DNA of 64,000 nt from Candidatus Latescibacterota bacterium (GCA_965222605.1 OZ244960.1:224001-288000), one strand, 5' to 3'. Counted from the stretch's first letter, positions 49,912-62,122 are shown. Notes: generated from the letters alone by a model not told the origin. Numbers and translations: made by a program.

Positions 49912-50286
49912 TTATGCGCTTCGTCTTCGACTGCCAATACCGGGTTTCTTTCCCTTGCGCGTCCTGGCATTGGTACGCGTCCGCTGACCTCTCACCGGCA
50001 AACCGCGACGCCATCGCAAACCGCGATAGCATCCAATATCCATCAATCGCTTGATGTTCATTGCAACTTCGCTTCGCAGGTTTCCTTCAACCTTGTATTC
50101 GCCTTCAACAACTGAGCGCAATTTGGTGACTTCCTCATCAGTCAAAGCATCTACGCGCGTATCAGGCGAAATTTGCGTCTGTGTCAAAATTTTTTGTGAC
50201 GTGCTCAAACCAATGCCCAAAATATATGTCAACGCAACTTCCACGCGCTTTTCTCTAGGAATATCTACACCTGCAATTCGGGCCAT
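49912..50286 (-). CDS. rpsM: 30S ribosomal protein S13
   Basis: [20 protein letters not shown]. Confidence 0.98.
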   Translation of the reverse strand: MARIAGVDIPREKRVEVALTYILGIGLSTSQKILTQTQISPDTRVDALTDEEVTKLRSVVEGEYKVEGNLRSEVAMNIKRLMDIGCYRGLRWRRGLPVRGQRTRTNARTRKGKKPGIGSRRRSA

Positions 50287-50307
50287 GTGATTGCGTCTCC
50301 TATGAGG

Positions 50308-50424
50308 TTATCCCTGTCGCTGTTTGTGTCGCGGGTTGACTTTGCAAATCACGCGCACGACACCGCGTCGGCGAATGATCTTGCAGTGATTGCAACGACG
50401 GCGAACAGATGATTGGACTTTCAT
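50308..50424 (-). CDS. rpmJ: 50S ribosomal protein L36 (absent from the ORF track)
   Basis: Hand translation [38 protein letters not shown]. Confidence 0.96.
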   Translation of the reverse strand: MKVQSSVRRRCNHCKIIRRRGVVRVICKVNPRHKQRQG

Positions 50425-50451
50425 AAATAAATCTCCAGCATTTTGAGTAAA

Positions 50452-51795
50452 TCAGGCTCGGCGCCCTCGAATGCGACCTTTTTTCATAAACCCATCGTAG
50501 TGACGCATCAGCAAATGCGATTCAACCTGCTGTAAAGTGTCGAGTGCCACACCGACCATAATCAACAAACCCGTGCCGCCAAATACTTGTTCGAGGCCAG
50601 GATGCACCCCCATAGAATTAATAATAAAGTATGGGCCAACGGCTATTGCTGCTAAGAAAATCGCACCTGGCATGTTGATTCGCGTAAGTACCCGATCAAT
50701 AAAATCTGACGTGCGTTTGCCCGGTCTGACGCCGGGAATAAATCCACCTTGCCGTTTCATATTATCAGCCAGATCAATCGGATTAAACACAATGGCGGTA
50801 TAAAAATAAGCAAAGAAAATAACCAGCAAGGAGTAAATAGACCAGTAGGGCAATGACACCCAGGACATGCTCGGCGTAAACGCAGCCGCGAGATTTTGCA
50901 TAAATACATTATTAGGGGCAAATCCGGCCATTGTCGCAGGTAAAAACATAATGGCTTGAGCAAAAATAATAGGCATCACGCCAGACGTATTGACTTTGAG
51001 CGGTATATGCGTGCTTTGCCCACCATATACCCGTCGTCCAACAACGCGTTTGGCGTATTGTACTGGAATTTTACGCGTGCCCTGTGTGATGAGCACCACC
51101 AGGGCGGTCAATGCAACAACGATAACTAAAACAGCTATTTCGATCAAAATAGGCTTGTCATTGGTCACAAAATCCCGATACTCCTGCCGCACGACAAAGG
51201 GCAATGCCGCAATAATGCCAATAAAAATGAGCAGCGACATCCCGTTGCCAATACCGTGTGCATCAATCTGCTCGCCCAACCACATAATAAACACGGTTCC
51301 GGCAGTAATTGTCAATACCGTCAACAACCGGAAGCCCCACCCGGGATAGAGTACGACCGAAAGTCCGGTATCTGGCGACTGAAGGCTTTCCAGGAAAAAA
51401 CTCACCCCCAAAGACTGCGCTGCAGCCAGTGCAACTGTGCCATACCGCGTATATTGAATGATTTTTTTTCGGCCTGCTTCCCCTTCTTTTTGAAGCTTTT
51501 GCAGGGATGGCACCACAGCACCCATCAATTGAAAAATAATGGACGCACTGATATAAGGCATAATACCCAGTGCAAATACCGTCGCACGGGTAAATGCCCC
51601 ACCTACAAACATGTCGTAGAGACCAAAGATCGTTTGGCTGGTGCCTGCAAAGAATTCACCCAGGGCAACCCGATCTATTCCGGGTATGGGGATCTGCCCA
51701 CCCAGGCGATAAATCGCCAGAATACCCAGCGTAAATAATACCTTATTTCGCAGCTCCGGAATCTTAAAAACGCTCTTGACGCTCTCGAGCAACAC
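50452..51795 (-). CDS. secY: Preprotein translocase SecY
   Basis: FALGIMPYISASII, WLGEQI...GIGNG, GGFIPGVRPG. Confidence 0.98.
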   Translation of the reverse strand: MLLESVKSVFKIPELRNKVLFTLGILAIYRLGGQIPIPGIDRVALGEFFAGTSQTIFGLYDMFVGGAFTRATVFALGIMPYISASIIFQLMGAVVPSLQKLQKEGEAGRKKIIQYTRYGTVALAAAQSLGVSFFLESLQSPDTGLSVVLYPGWGFRLLTVLTITAGTVFIMWLGEQIDAHGIGNGMSLLIFIGIIAALPFVVRQEYRDFVTNDKPILIEIAVLVIVVALTALVVLITQGTRKIPVQYAKRVVGRRVYGGQSTHIPLKVNTSGVMPIIFAQAIMFLPATMAGFAPNNVFMQNLAAAFTPSMSWVSLPYWSIYSLLVIFFAYFYTAIVFNPIDLADNMKRQGGFIPGVRPGKRTSDFIDRVLTRINMPGAIFLAAIAVGPYFIINSMGVHPGLEQVFGGTGLLIMVGVALDTLQQVESHLLMRHYDGFMKKGRIRGRRA

Positions 51796-51814
51796 CGCCT
51801 CCTCTCAGCCGTGC

Positions 51815-52279
51815 TCAGTCGGTTTTGGCCGCACCACCGATGTTGGCCTCAACATGTCCGCCAGCTGCAAGAATTTTTTTTGCTGCCGCAGCTGATATCG
51901 CCTGAACCCGAATCTGCAATGGTACTGAAATTTCGCCTCGCCCCAAAATTTTCACAGGGCGTTTTGTAGAGGCAATCAAACCCGTGGCTTTGAGCACTTC
52001 GGGCGTAATCTCGCCCGATAGTTCCCTGCTCGCCAAATCATCGAGGTTTACAATCTGATAGGTCACCCGAAAAGGATTATTAAACCCAACTTTCGGCAAG
52101 CGCTGTTGCAGGGGCGTTTGCCCCCCTTCAAACCAAGCTTTGCGCTTGGATCCCGAGCGCGCCCGCTGCCCTTTGTGCCCTTTGCCCGCAGTTTTGCCTG
52201 TCCCAGAGCCAGGACCAATACCCAAACGTTTCTTTTTAGAAGTTGCCCCTTGGGGCGGAGAGAGATTTCCAAGTTTCAT
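51815..52279 (-). CDS. rplO: 50S ribosomal protein L15
   Basis: GKTAGKGHKGQRARSG, FEGGQTPL. Confidence 0.97.
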   Translation of the reverse strand: MKLGNLSPPQGATSKKKRLGIGPGSGTGKTAGKGHKGQRARSGSKRKAWFEGGQTPLQQRLPKVGFNNPFRVTYQIVNLDDLASRELSGEITPEVLKATGLIASTKRPVKILGRGEISVPLQIRVQAISAAAAKKILAAGGHVEANIGGAAKTD

Positions 52280-52295
52280 TCTCATATCCCGCGTT

Positions 52296-52487
52296 TTAAT
52301 TTTCTTCAACTTGGACCAGATGTGCAACAATCGCCAGCATGCCGCGCAATTGAGGAGAATCAGCGTGTTCCACAGTATGCCGAATGCGGCGAATTCCCAA
52401 TGCATCCAGTGTTCGTTGTTGTTTTTTTTGCCGCCTAATTGAACTGCGAACTTGTGTAATCCGCAGTGTTTTTTGCTCGCCCATCAC
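52296..52487 (-). CDS. rpmD: 50S ribosomal protein L30
   Basis: [10 protein letters not shown]...LGIRR; operon position. Confidence 0.95.
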   Translation of the reverse strand: MMGEQKTLRITQVRSSIRRQKKQQRTLDALGIRRIRHTVEHADSPQLRGMLAIVAHLVQVEEN

Positions 52488-53002
52488 TGCCCCCGTACAG
52501 AAACCAATTCGGATTCTTCTACACCGCGCAATAGTGCAAACATTCTCGCATCTTTCAACCGCGTTAATCCTTCCATCGCGGCTTTAACAGCATTCTGAGG
52601 GTTTTGAGAACCCAATGACTTTGTCAACACATTTTGAACACCAGCCAGTTCCAAAACCGCACGCACACCGCCTCCTGCAATAATTCCCGTGCCAGGCGCG
52701 GCGGGTTTGAGCAAAACGCGAGAAGCGCCAAACCGTCCAATAACCTCGTGAGGCAATGTGCCATCAACAACTGGCACGCGCACCAGATTCTTTTTTGCAT
52801 CGTCAGCAGCTTTGCGAATGGCTTCGGAGACTTCGCCCGCTTTCCCCATCCCAATACCCACAATGCTTTTTTTATCACCAATTACACAAAGCGCATTAAA
52901 AGCAAAACGTCGTCCACCTTTGCGAACGTGAGATACCCGTTTGATGCTGTTGTTGATGACGATTTCCGTCAGATCTAAACCCGTGGCTTCAATTCTGCTC
53001 AA
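52484..53002 (-). CDS. rpsE: 30S ribosomal protein S5
   Basis: [18 protein letters not shown]. Confidence 0.97.
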   Translation of the reverse strand: MSRIEATGLDLTEIVINNSIKRVSHVRKGGRRFAFNALCVIGDKKSIVGIGMGKAGEVSEAIRKAADDAKKNLVRVPVVDGTLPHEVIGRFGASRVLLKPAAPGTGIIAGGGVRAVLELAGVQNVLTKSLGSQNPQNAVKAAMEGLTRLKDARMFALLRGVEESELVSVRGQ

Positions 53003-53018
53003 AATCGACTCCTTAACA

Positions 53019-53393
53019 TTAAAATTTCAACCCGCCTTCGCGTGCACCTTCTGCCAATGCTTTGACACGACCGTGATAGAGATAACCAGCGCGGTCGAAA
53101 ACAACCTGCGAAATTCCGGCTTCCTGCGCTCTCACGGCCAAAGCTTTGCCCACTTCGCGGCTCTTATTGCATTTGCCTTCAATAGTTTGCAACTGATCTT
53201 TGAGCTGCGGAGCATTTGAGGATATACCCATTAGAGAACATCCATTCACATCATCAATCAATTGCGCCTGAATATGTTTTAGGCTCCTAAAAATCGTCAG
53301 ACGCGGGCGATCGGCCGTTCCCAAAAGTCTCTTCCTAATACGCATTTGACGACGTCTGTGCATCTTTGTCTTTTTAATTTGCTTATCTGCCAT
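53019..53393 (-). CDS. rplR: 50S ribosomal protein L18
   Basis: [21 protein letters not shown]. Confidence 0.97.
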   Translation of the reverse strand: MADKQIKKTKMHRRRQMRIRKRLLGTADRPRLTIFRSLKHIQAQLIDDVNGCSLMGISSNAPQLKDQLQTIEGKCNKSREVGKALAVRAQEAGISQVVFDRAGYLYHGRVKALAEGAREGGLKF

Positions 53394-53409
53394 TGAACAA
53401 CCTCAAAAT

Positions 53410-53976
53410 TTAAGCTACTGATGCCTTGCCGGCCTTGCGCCGCACGTATTCGTTACTGTAGCGGATACCTTTCCCCTTATAGGGTTCGGGAGGCCGAATA
53501 CTTCGGATATTCGCCGCTGTGCGTCCTACGAGTTCTTTGTCGGCTCCACTGATCTTAACCAGTGCCTGGGAATTTTCGATCTCAGAGGGAGGGGCATCAA
53601 CACTAAATTCAATTCCCTGAGGAGCTTCAACCGTCACTGGATGGCTGAACCCCACGTTGATGTCCAAATTTTTTCCTTTCATATCTGCGCGATATCCCAC
53701 CCCAACAACCACCAGTTGCTTTTCAAAGCCAGCCGAAACGCCCTGAACAGCATTTGCCAATAAAGCACGCGTAAGACCCCAAATAGATTTGTGATGCCGG
53801 TCTTCGGGATCTTGCACCGTGACAGAAAGGGATTCACCTTCTTGATTGGCCTGCGTGAGCGGATGTAAAGGCACCTGCAAAGTCCCTTTAGGACCTTTTA
53901 TTTTCGCCTGTGTGGTCCCTATTTGCACATTGACGTCCCCTGGAACGACAATCGGCTGCTTACCAATTCTCGACAC
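53410..53976 (-). CDS. rplF: 50S ribosomal protein L6
   Basis: MSRIGKQPI, PEPYKGKGIRY. Confidence 0.97.
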   Translation of the reverse strand: MSRIGKQPIVVPGDVNVQIGTTQAKIKGPKGTLQVPLHPLTQANQEGESLSVTVQDPEDRHHKSIWGLTRALLANAVQGVSAGFEKQLVVVGVGYRADMKGKNLDINVGFSHPVTVEAPQGIEFSVDAPPSEIENSQALVKISGADKELVGRTAANIRSIRPPEPYKGKGIRYSNEYVRRKAGKASVA

Positions 53977-53996
53977 GATGCACTCCTTCCAGACTT

Positions 53997-54392
53997 CTAC
54001 CAGACGCTACAAAGAACTTCGCCGCCAACACCTTCTCGACGCGCAGTTCGATCTGTCAAAATACCTTTTGATGTCGATAAAATAGCGACACCCAATCCAT
54101 TGAGTATTCGAGGAATTTCGTCTTTACCCACATATTTTCTCAAACCAGGGCGACTTTCGCGCTTCAATCCTAGAATCGCGCTTTCCTCATCGGGACTGTA
54201 TTTGAGATAAAGGCGCAAATAACCCTGTCGGTTGTCATCAATATACGCATAATTGTGAACAAAACCGCTTTCTTTTAAAATGCGGGCAATCTCGCGCTTC
54301 ATCCTGGAACTCGGAATATCCACCTTGCGATGTCCGGCGCGACATGCATTTCGCACACGCGTCAACATATCGGCAATCGGATCCGTCATCAT
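53997..54392 (-). CDS. rpsH: 30S ribosomal protein S8
   Basis: [20 protein letters not shown]. Confidence 0.97.
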   Translation of the reverse strand: MMTDPIADMLTRVRNACRAGHRKVDIPSSRMKREIARILKESGFVHNYAYIDDNRQGYLRLYLKYSPDEESAILGLKRESRPGLRKYVGKDEIPRILNGLGVAILSTSKGILTDRTARREGVGGEVLCSVW

Positions 54393-54409
54393 GTGTGCTT
54401 CCCCCTCAG

Positions 54410-54595
54410 TTACCAACTGGCCTTTGTCACGCCGGGAATCTCACCAGCGAGGGCCAACTCGCGAAAACATATACGGCAAATACCAAATTTGCGCAAATAA
54501 CCGCGTGGCCTGCCGCATCTGTGACACCGATTATAGCGGCGGACTGCAAATTTCTGTTTGCGCTTTGCTTTGGCAATCATAGATTTTTTAGCCAT
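54410..54595 (-). CDS. rpsN: 30S ribosomal protein S14 (zinc-binding type Z)
   Basis: RCHRCGRP...CRICFR...IPGVTKASW. Confidence 0.97.
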   Translation of the reverse strand: MAKKSMIAKAKRKQKFAVRRYNRCHRCGRPRGYLRKFGICRICFRELALAGEIPGVTKASW

Positions 54596-54621
54596 ATCAG
54601 ATCTAACTCCGTATTGATTCG

Positions 54622-55170
54622 TCAATCTTGTTTTTGAAACGGCATGCCCATTTCATTGAGCAGTTCAAAAGCCTCTTCATCGGTAGAGGCCGTAGTGACC
54701 AGGGTCACATCAAGGCCGCGAATTTTGTCGATTTGATCGTAGTCGATTTCGGGAAAAATAATTTGTTCCTGAATACCGACCGTATAGTTGCCACGGCCAT
54801 CAAATGAGCGCAGTGAAAGGCCGCGAAAGTCGCGAACACGCGGTACAGAAAAATTAAAAAACCGATCGAGAAATTCGTACATTCGAGATCTGCGAAGAGT
54901 GACAGCACAGCCAATGGGTACACCCTGTCGCAGCTTAAAATTTGAAACGGCTTTTCGCGCCCTGCGAATTGAGGGCCGCTGTCCTGCAATGCGGGTCAAA
55001 TCTTCAACAGCATTTTCAATAACTTTGGCATTGAGGACGGCTTCACCAACGCCCATGTTTAAGACAACCTTTTCCAATTTGGGCACCTGCATGCGATTTT
55101 TATACCCAAACCGCTGGATGAGCGCAGGTACGACTTCATTCTCGTAGTATTCTTGTAATCGCGTTGCCAT
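54622..55170 (-). CDS. rplE: 50S ribosomal protein L5
   Basis: [20 protein letters not shown]. Confidence 0.97.
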   Translation of the reverse strand: MATRLQEYYENEVVPALIQRFGYKNRMQVPKLEKVVLNMGVGEAVLNAKVIENAVEDLTRIAGQRPSIRRARKAVSNFKLRQGVPIGCAVTLRRSRMYEFLDRFFNFSVPRVRDFRGLSLRSFDGRGNYTVGIQEQIIFPEIDYDQIDKIRGLDVTLVTTASTDEEAFELLNEMGMPFQKQD

Positions 55171-55180
55171 GTCGTCCTCG

Positions 55181-55501
55181 TTATTCAACTTCGGGAATTT
55201 GCTCACCACTTTTTTGAGCAATGCGCACACGCGTCCCGTCTTCAAAGCGCTGAATGCGAATCCGGGTCCGCTCATCGGTTTGTGAATCGACAACCATGAG
55301 ATTCGACACATGCAAGGGAGCTTCCTTTTCCACGATGCCACCTTGCTGGTTATTGGGATTGGGGCGCGTATGACGCTTGATGTTATTGATCCCTTCTACC
55401 AACACGCGTTCCTTTTTGGGCCACACATGCAAAACACGCCCTCGTTGACCGGTATAAACACCGCTTATCACCTCAACTTGATCACCCTTGCGAATCCTCA
55501 T
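55181..55501 (-). CDS. rplX: 50S ribosomal protein L24
   Basis: [18 protein letters not shown]. Confidence 0.97.
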   Translation of the reverse strand: MRIRKGDQVEVISGVYTGQRGRVLHVWPKKERVLVEGINNIKRHTRPNPNNQQGGIVEKEAPLHVSNLMVVDSQTDERTRIRIQRFEDGTRVRIAQKSGEQIPEVE

Positions 55502-55524
55502 CTCAACACACTTACCTTTCTTTT

Positions 55525-55893
55525 TTATATCACTTCGGGTGCCAAAGAAACAATGCGCATAAATCGTCTCTCTCGCAACTCGCGGGCGACAGGTCCAAAT
55601 ATGCGGGTCCCTCGAGGTTCGCCCTCTGCACTGATCAAAACCGCGGCGTTGTCATCAAATCGAATATAGGACCCATCTGCCCTTCGCGTCTCTTTCTTTG
55701 TACGGACGATCACGGCACGCGCAACATCACCGCGCTTCACTCCGCTGTTTGGCTGTGCATCTTTAATGGAAACCACGATGGTATCACCGAGTTTGCCATA
55801 CTTGCGTTTGGTGCCCCCTAAAATGCGGAAGCACATCACCTTTCGGGCACCCGTGTTATCCGCACAATTCAATACCGAATATTCCTGGACCAT
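55525..55893 (-). CDS. rplN: 50S ribosomal protein L14
   Basis: [18 protein letters not shown]. Confidence 0.98.
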   Translation of the reverse strand: MVQEYSVLNCADNTGARKVMCFRILGGTKRKYGKLGDTIVVSIKDAQPNSGVKRGDVARAVIVRTKKETRRADGSYIRFDDNAAVLISAEGEPRGTRIFGPVARELRERRFMRIVSLAPEVI

Positions 55894-55904
55894 GTTCTCT
55901 CCAC

Positions 55905-56165
55905 CTATTGCGCCTTTTTTATAATTTCCACCAACCGCCAGCGTTTGGTCTTGCTCAAAGGCCGCGTTTCAACAACCATCACCTCATCGCCAGCTCTGGC
56001 CTCATTGTTCTCATCGTGTGCCGCCAATTTTGAACGCCTTTGCATAACTTTTCCATAAAGAGGGTGTGGCACCTGCCGCCTCACCTCAACGACAATTGTT
56101 TTATTAGATTTATCGCTGACCACCAGCCCTACACGTGTTTTCCGATGCCTGCGAGTTTGCACCAT
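55905..56165 (-). CDS. rpsQ: 30S ribosomal protein S17
   Basis: [22 protein letters not shown]. Confidence 0.97.
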   Translation of the reverse strand: MVQTRRHRKTRVGLVVSDKSNKTIVVEVRRQVPHPLYGKVMQRRSKLAAHDENNEARAGDEVMVVETRPLSKTKRWRLVEIIKKAQ

Positions 56166-56185
56166 ACAGCGATTCTCCTTAAAAA

Positions 56186-56398
56186 TTACGCATTGGGAAG
56201 TTCGCGAATGCCCAGTTCGTGTTCGCGCAACACGGTCTTTAGCCGGGCGAGATCCTTGCATGCATCTCGAAACGCAATTGGATTATCGAGCTGGCGCGTA
56301 GCCAACTGAATGCGAAGATTCACGAGTTCATCTTCTTGTTCGGCAATTCTTTCCCTTACATCATTTGCAGTTAGATCTCGGATTTCACTCGGTTTCAT
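56186..56398 (-). CDS. rpmC: 50S ribosomal protein L29
   Basis: MKPSEIR...QLDNP...ARLKT; position. Confidence 0.93.
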   Translation of the reverse strand: MKPSEIRDLTANDVRERIAEQEDELVNLRIQLATRQLDNPIAFRDACKDLARLKTVLREHELGIRELPNA

Positions 56399-56814
56399 TC
56401 GTCGTGTCTCCCGCGTTCTACAAAACGGCCTTTAATGGGCAATTTTTGGCTGGCCAATTTGATTGCGCGTTGCGCGCTTTCGCGTGGCACTCCCTCAATT
56501 TCAAACATGATCCGCCCGGGTTTGATGACTGCTACCCAGTATTCGGGATTGCCTTTGCCTTTTCCCATACGGGTCTCTGCAGGCTTAACTGTAAGAGGTT
56601 TATCTGGAAAAACGCGAATCCAAACTTTTCCACTACGCCCCAAAGCCCTGGAAATCGCTACGCGGGCTGCTTCAATCTGCCTGTTGGTAATCCATCCCGG
56701 TTCGAGAGCCTGCAAACCGTATTCGCCAAAAGAAATATTGGCCCCTCGAGAGGCCATACCTTTGCGACGCCCCCTCTGCTGCTTTCTCCATTTGACCCGT
56801 TTTGGCATTAACAT
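56395..56814 (-). CDS. rplP: 50S ribosomal protein L16
   Basis: RMGKGKG, QIEAAR. Confidence 0.98.
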   Translation of the reverse strand: MLMPKRVKWRKQQRGRRKGMASRGANISFGEYGLQALEPGWITNRQIEAARVAISRALGRSGKVWIRVFPDKPLTVKPAETRMGKGKGNPEYWVAVIKPGRIMFEIEGVPRESAQRAIKLASQKLPIKGRFVERGRHDE

Positions 56815-56835
56815 AATAGCCGCTCCTGTCCCAAC

Positions 56836-57486
56836 TTAAGTTGCCAGATGGGCGTCGTGACCCACTTTTTCTCCATGACAGATCCAAACTTTTACCCCTA
56901 CTGTACCCGAGGTTGTATAAGCAGTAGATCTGGCATAGTCTATATCAGCGCGAAGCGTGTGGAGTGGAACGCGTCCTGCAGGCTCTGATTTTTCAACGCG
57001 AGACATTTCTGCTCCACCAAGACGGCCCCCACACACCACTTTAATCCCTTCAGCCCCCATGCGCACCGCTGAAGCAACGGCTTTTTTCATTGCACGGCGA
57101 AACGAGACGCGTTGCTCGAGTTGTCGGGAGATATTATCGGCGACGAGTTGGGCGTTGAGTTCCGGTCGCTTAATTTCGTTAATGTTGATATAAATTTCTT
57201 TCCCTGTCAGATGCTTTAACTCATCTCGCAATTTATCGACCTCTGCGCCTTTCCGCCCAATTACAATACCAGGACGAGCGGTGTAAATCGAAATTGTCAC
57301 CCGCTTGGGCGCACGCTCAATGTCTATTTGTGCGACGCTTGCCCGCTGCAGACGGCTGGTAATATATCGCCTGAGCATGAGATCTTCTTGAAGCAGGCTG
57401 GCAAAATCGCGATTGGCAAACCAGCGGGAATGCCAGTCTTTGACAATTCCCAACCTCACTCCGATTGGATGCGTTTTCTGGCCCAA
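56836..57486 (-). CDS. rpsC: 30S ribosomal protein S3
   Basis: [24 protein letters not shown]; TTG start. Confidence 0.97.
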   Translation of the reverse strand: MGQKTHPIGVRLGIVKDWHSRWFANRDFASLLQEDLMLRRYITSRLQRASVAQIDIERAPKRVTISIYTARPGIVIGRKGAEVDKLRDELKHLTGKEIYININEIKRPELNAQLVADNISRQLEQRVSFRRAMKKAVASAVRMGAEGIKVVCGGRLGGAEMSRVEKSEPAGRVPLHTLRADIDYARSTAYTTSGTVGVKVWICHGEKVGHDAHLAT

Positions 57487-57496
57487 AGTGATTCTC

Positions 57497-57838
57497 CTAT
57501 TCCTCGTCTGAAACAACCAGCGTGATGTGGCTATATCGCTTGAGAATCATGCCGGCAGCACCGCGTGGCTGAGGACGCAACCGCTTTAACGCGATACCAC
57601 CATCGACAAATGCTTCTTTCACAAAGAGCACTTCTTCAACCGCGGATTCTTCTTCGCGGTTGACCGCATTTGCAACCGCGGATTGCAAGGTGCGCGCTAC
57701 AATACGCGCGGCCTTTTTAGGTGTAAATTGCAGGATGTGGAAAGCTTCCTCCACATCTTTACCCCGCACGAGATCAACCACCTGTCGCACTTTGCGCGGT
57801 GAAATTCTTGAATAGCGCAATATCGCCCGAGCTTCCAT
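57497..57838 (-). CDS. rplV: 50S ribosomal protein L22
   Basis: [20 protein letters not shown]. Confidence 0.97.
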   Translation of the reverse strand: MEARAILRYSRISPRKVRQVVDLVRGKDVEEAFHILQFTPKKAARIVARTLQSAVANAVNREEESAVEEVLFVKEAFVDGGIALKRLRPQPRGAAGMILKRYSHITLVVSDEE

Positions 57839-57860
57839 TTAAAATTCCCATCTCAAAATA

Positions 57861-58148
57861 TCACTGCAAAGAAGTGGCGCGTTCAGTAGATCGACCTCGC
57901 CCCCCCCGATGCGTACGCGTGGGAGCAAATTCCCCGAGTTTGTGTCCAACCATGTTTTCCGTAATATAAACGGGGATAAATTTATTTCCATTGTGTACAG
58001 CCAGCGTATGTCCCACAAACTCTGGCGCAATTGTCGATCGTCGCGCCCACGTCTGAATAACCCGCTTATTACCAGCCTTATTCATCTGCTCGATCTTTTT
58101 TGAGAGACTCGGCTCAATAAAAGGCCCTTTTTTGATTGACCGTGCCAT
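57861..58148 (-). CDS. rpsS: 30S ribosomal protein S19
   Basis: [21 protein letters not shown]. Confidence 0.98.
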   Translation of the reverse strand: MARSIKKGPFIEPSLSKKIEQMNKAGNKRVIQTWARRSTIAPEFVGHTLAVHNGNKFIPVYITENMVGHKLGEFAPTRTHRGGRGRSTERATSLQ

Positions 58149-58164
58149 AAAATAATGCTCCTGA

Positions 58165-58989
58165 TTACTTGCGCCGCTGAATGATCATTTGATCAGATTT
58201 ATTTTTCTTTTTTCGCGTTTTATATCCCTTTGTGGGTTGCCCCCAGGGCGTCACTGGATGCCTGCCGCCTGTTGCTCGCCCCTCTCCTCCACCATGTGGA
58301 TGATCGATTGGGTTCATTGCAACACCACGCACTTTCGGACGTCTGCCCAACCAGCGACCCCGTCCTGCTTTTCCGACAACGACATTTTCATGCTCTAAAT
58401 TACCAACCTGCCCAATGGTCGCATAACACGATACCGAGACCAACCGCCGCTCGCCAGAAGGCAAACGCAGGGTTGCAAAATTGCCTTCTTTGGCCATCAC
58501 CTGAATTTCAGCACCCGCCGAGCGACCAATTTGTCCACCTTTTCCTGGTTTGAGTTCAACATTGTGTACATTGCTACCCAAAGGAATACTCGCCAAAGGA
58601 AGCGCGTTGCCGGGACGGATATCTGCATCTGCACCAGACGCGACTTTATCGCCAACACTTAGACCAATTGGTGCCAGAATATAGCGTTTTTCACCATCGA
58701 CATAATGCAAGAGTGCAATGCGGGCTGATCGATTTGGATCGTACTCAATGCTATGCACAATTGCAGGCACACCCACTTTATCGCGCTTGAAATCAATTCG
58801 ACGATACTGGCGCCGATGCCCGCCACCGCGACGACGGCTCGTGATACGCCCCCGATTATTGCGTCCCCCAGATTTTTTATTGGGTTCAACAAGTGATTTC
58901 TCTGGCGTATTTTTAGTAATCTCTTCAAAAGAAGAGACTGTCTTAAATCGCAACGAAGGCGTTAATGGGCGAAACTTCTTGACCGGCAT
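58165..58989 (-). CDS. rplB: 50S ribosomal protein L2
   Basis: [21 protein letters not shown]. Confidence 0.98.
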   Translation of the reverse strand: MPVKKFRPLTPSLRFKTVSSFEEITKNTPEKSLVEPNKKSGGRNNRGRITSRRRGGGHRRQYRRIDFKRDKVGVPAIVHSIEYDPNRSARIALLHYVDGEKRYILAPIGLSVGDKVASGADADIRPGNALPLASIPLGSNVHNVELKPGKGGQIGRSAGAEIQVMAKEGNFATLRLPSGERRLVSVSCYATIGQVGNLEHENVVVGKAGRGRWLGRRPKVRGVAMNPIDHPHGGGEGRATGGRHPVTPWGQPTKGYKTRKKKNKSDQMIIQRRK

Positions 58990-58994
58990 GAGAT

Positions 58995-59282
58995 TTATCC
59001 TTCAAAGAAGTCGATGCTGTGTCCATCGGCAAGGGTGACAACAGCCTTTTTCCAGTTGGAACGGCGTCCCTGAAACCGTCCAAGTCGCTTGATCTTGCCG
59101 TGCATTGTGCTCGTATTGACCTTTACGACCTCGACATCAAACATGGCTCCAACCGCACGCTGAATATCGACTTTGTTTGCACCGCGGAGAACTTCAAATA
59201 CATATTTATTCTGGCTTTCCTGCAAATTAGAAGCCCGCTCTGTAATAACGGGACGCCGAATAATCTGCATAGAATTTTTCAC
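58995..59282 (-). CDS. rplW: 50S ribosomal protein L23
   Basis: [14 protein letters not shown]; start uncertain. Confidence 0.95.
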   Translation of the reverse strand: MKNSMQIIRRPVITERASNLQESQNKYVFEVLRGANKVDIQRAVGAMFDVEVVKVNTSTMHGKIKRLGRFQGRRSNWKKAVVTLADGHSIDFFEG

Positions 59283-59911
59283 GAGGCCCCCCACAGAGCA
59301 CGAATGCGAGAAACTGCACTGCACGTGAGAACCAGAACATCTGCATTGACCACGTCATAAGTTGAAACTTGCGAAACGGGTAATACGGAAAGTCTGGGGA
59401 TATTTCGACAGGATTTGACGGTATTTTCAGCGATACCATCCGTCAAGAGCAATACCTTTTGCCCTTGAATTTCAAGCATTTGTGTCATTTGTGCCATTCG
59501 CTTTGTTTTGGGCACCTCAAGCTCAAAATCGTCCAGGATAGATATGGCTTTACCGAGTGCTTTTTGTGAAAATGCCGAGCGTATGGCCAGCTTTTTGACT
59601 TTCTTGGGCACGCGTTCCCGAAAATATCTCGGCCTGGGACCGTGGGCTACCCCACCGCCGATCAGAATAGGCGATCCAGCAGTGCCCTTACGGGCACGAC
59701 CAGTACCTTTTTGTCGGTACATCTTCCGTTTTGACCGATTGACTTCTGCGCGGGTTTTTGTCGAGGCATTGCCTTGCCGCTGATTAGTCAAATACGCTTT
59801 AACGACATAATAGATCGCGTCAGCCGATGGTTCAATTCCAAAAACTGTTTCGGGTAGCTCCATCGAGCCAACTTCTTCACCTTCAAGATTGCAAACCTCA
59901 ACAGATGCCAT
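59279..59911 (-). CDS. rplD: 50S ribosomal protein L4
   Basis: RQKGTGRAR, GGGVAHGP. Confidence 0.97.
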   Translation of the reverse strand: MASVEVCNLEGEEVGSMELPETVFGIEPSADAIYYVVKAYLTNQRQGNASTKTRAEVNRSKRKMYRQKGTGRARKGTAGSPILIGGGVAHGPRPRYFRERVPKKVKKLAIRSAFSQKALGKAISILDDFELEVPKTKRMAQMTQMLEIQGQKVLLLTDGIAENTVKSCRNIPRLSVLPVSQVSTYDVVNADVLVLTCSAVSRIRALWGAS

Positions 59912-59928
59912 AATCGCCTTACCTCAAA

Positions 59929-60552
59929 TCAGTTGCGTTTCTCAATAACAACCGTAGCTCCCTTACCGCCTGGCACGGCACCTTTTAGGAGGAGCAAATT
60001 TTGATCGGTATCTACACCCACGACCTTTAAGCCCCGAACAGTTACCCGCTCGTCACCCATATGGCCTGCCATGCGCATACCCTTAAACACCCGTGAAGGA
60101 GTCGAGCTTTGACCTATTGAACCGGGCGCGCGATGTCGATCTGATTGTCCATGGGTTTTGGGGCCACCTCTGAATCCGTGACGCTTGACACTGCCCTGGA
60201 ATCCACGACCTTTTGATCGGGCAGTAACATCGACAACCTCGCCTGCCTCAAACATGCTGACATTGAGCATCTCGCCTATAGCATATTCGGAGACATCATC
60301 AACTCGAAATTCTGCAAGACCTCGATGGGGATTAACACCTGCCTTCTTGAAAATCCCCTGATCCGCACGATTTAGCCGATTGACCCGAGTCTCATCATAC
60401 CCAACTCTCAAAGCCAAATACCCATCCGAATTCCTATCTTTAATCTGAACAATGGGACACGGAACAACTTCGAGGACTGTGACAGGCGCCAGCATTTCTG
60501 CATCATCAAATGCCTGAGTCATACCGATTTTTTTTCCAATCAATCCCAGCAC
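59929..60552 (-). CDS. rplC: 50S ribosomal protein L3
   Basis: GKKIGMTQ, SKGRGFQG, RAPGSIG. Confidence 0.98.
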   Translation of the reverse strand: MLGLIGKKIGMTQAFDDAEMLAPVTVLEVVPCPIVQIKDRNSDGYLALRVGYDETRVNRLNRADQGIFKKAGVNPHRGLAEFRVDDVSEYAIGEMLNVSMFEAGEVVDVTARSKGRGFQGSVKRHGFRGGPKTHGQSDRHRAPGSIGQSSTPSRVFKGMRMAGHMGDERVTVRGLKVVGVDTDQNLLLLKGAVPGGKGATVVIEKRN

Positions 60553-60554
60553 GA

Positions 60555-60863
60555 TTACACCTTGATTTCAATATCGATACCCGCAGGCAGATCCAGTTTC
60601 ATCAGGGCATCTACCGTTTGGGGTGTTGAGTTGTGAATGTCGATAAGGCGCTTGTGTACGCGCATTTCAAACTGCTCGCGCGATTTTTTATCGACATGTG
60701 GAGATCGCAATACCGTGTAGAGCGAGCGCTTCGTCGGCAGAGGAATGGGGCCTGAAATAAGCGCCCCAGTCCGTTTTGCCGTCCGAACGATTTCTTCAGC
60801 AGAGCGATCCAGCGCATTGTGGTTGTATGCTTTCAGTCTAATTCTAATTTTCTGTGCAGCCAC
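60555..60863 (-). CDS. rpsJ: 30S ribosomal protein S10
   Basis: [28 protein letters not shown]. Confidence 0.98.
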   Translation of the reverse strand: MAAQKIRIRLKAYNHNALDRSAEEIVRTAKRTGALISGPIPLPTKRSLYTVLRSPHVDKKSREQFEMRVHKRLIDIHNSTPQTVDALMKLDLPAGIDIEIKV

Positions 60864-60883
60864 GAGGTACCCCTTCGCAGTTC

Positions 60884-62077
60884 TTATTCAACAATTTCAG
60901 TAATCACACCCGAGCCAATGGTTCGACCACCTTCCCGCACGGCAAATCGCAGTTCGATTTCTATAGCGATTGGCGTAAACAGTTCTACAGACATGGTCAC
61001 ATTATCGCCAGGCATCACCATTTCTACGCCATCGGGCAACTCTACCTTGCCAGTCACATCCGTTGTGCGAAAATAGAACTGGGGTTGATAACCCGTAAAG
61101 AAAGGTTTGCTGCGTCCACCTTCTTTGTCTGTCAGCACATAAACTTCGCCTTTAAACTTTTTGTGAGGTGTCACTGAGCCTGGCTTGGCAACCACCATGC
61201 CGCGTTCAATTTCATTTTTGTCAACACCGCGAAGCAACAAACCGACATTGTCACCAGCCCTGCCCTCATCGAGCAATTTGCGGAACATTTCCACACCAGT
61301 AACTGTTGTCTTGCGACTCTCGCGAATGCCCACAATCTCAACTTCCTCATTGATATTGATCACACCGCGTTCAATACGCCCAGTACCGACTGTACCGCGC
61401 CCCGTAATCGTAAATACATCCTCAACCGGCATCAAAAAATCTTTGTCAATCTCGCGCACAGGCTCTGGGATATTTTCATCTACGGCTTCCATCAACTCCC
61501 AGATACAGGCGCAATCTTCGGAATCGGGATCGTCAGACTCTAAAGCTTTGAGAGCAGACCCCTGAATCACTGGCACATCATCGCCGGGAAAATCGTATTG
61601 ATCCAACAACTCGCGGACTTCCATATCGACCAGTTCGAGCAATTCCTCATCATCGACCATATCGACCTTATTCATAAATACCACGATAGAAGGCACATTG
61701 ACCTGGCGTGAAAGCAGAATATGCTCGCGGGTCTGAATCATGGGACCATCTGCGGCACTAACGACCAAAATCGCGCCATCCATCTGCGCGGCACCCGTGA
61801 TCATGTTTTTCACATAGTCAGCATGTCCGGGACAATCTACATGAGCGTAGTGCCGATTTTCCGTCTGATACTCCACATGAGCCGTATTAATGGTGATTCC
61901 ACGCTCTTTTTCTTCGGGTGCTTTATCAATGTCGTCAAAGGGCATATAATCGGCAAGCCCCTTGGCTGCCAGCGTCTTGGTAATAGCGGCTGTCAGCGTG
62001 GTTTTACCGTGATCAACATGCCCGATTGTCCCGATATTGACATGGGGTTTGTCCCGTTCAAATTTTTCCTTCGCCAT
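60884..62077 (-). CDS. tuf: Elongation factor Tu
   Basis: [20 protein letters not shown]. Confidence 0.99.
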   Translation of the reverse strand: MAKEKFERDKPHVNIGTIGHVDHGKTTLTAAITKTLAAKGLADYMPFDDIDKAPEEKERGITINTAHVEYQTENRHYAHVDCPGHADYVKNMITGAAQMDGAILVVSAADGPMIQTREHILLSRQVNVPSIVVFMNKVDMVDDEELLELVDMEVRELLDQYDFPGDDVPVIQGSALKALESDDPDSEDCACIWELMEAVDENIPEPVREIDKDFLMPVEDVFTITGRGTVGTGRIERGVININEEVEIVGIRESRKTTVTGVEMFRKLLDEGRAGDNVGLLLRGVDKNEIERGMVVAKPGSVTPHKKFKGEVYVLTDKEGGRSKPFFTGYQPQFYFRTTDVTGKVELPDGVEMVMPGDNVTMSVELFTPIAIEIELRFAVREGGRTIGSGVITEIVE

Positions 62078-62122
62078 ATTTTCCTCCTAAAAAGATCGAA
62101 CGAAAATAGAAGCCGCGTTCGC

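Noticed and set aside
46675-59324. N-terminal extensions on greA, rplO, rplE, rpsQ, rpsC and rplW in the ORF track
   Set aside because: Longest-ORF artefacts overlapping upstream genes or leaders; starts were trimmed
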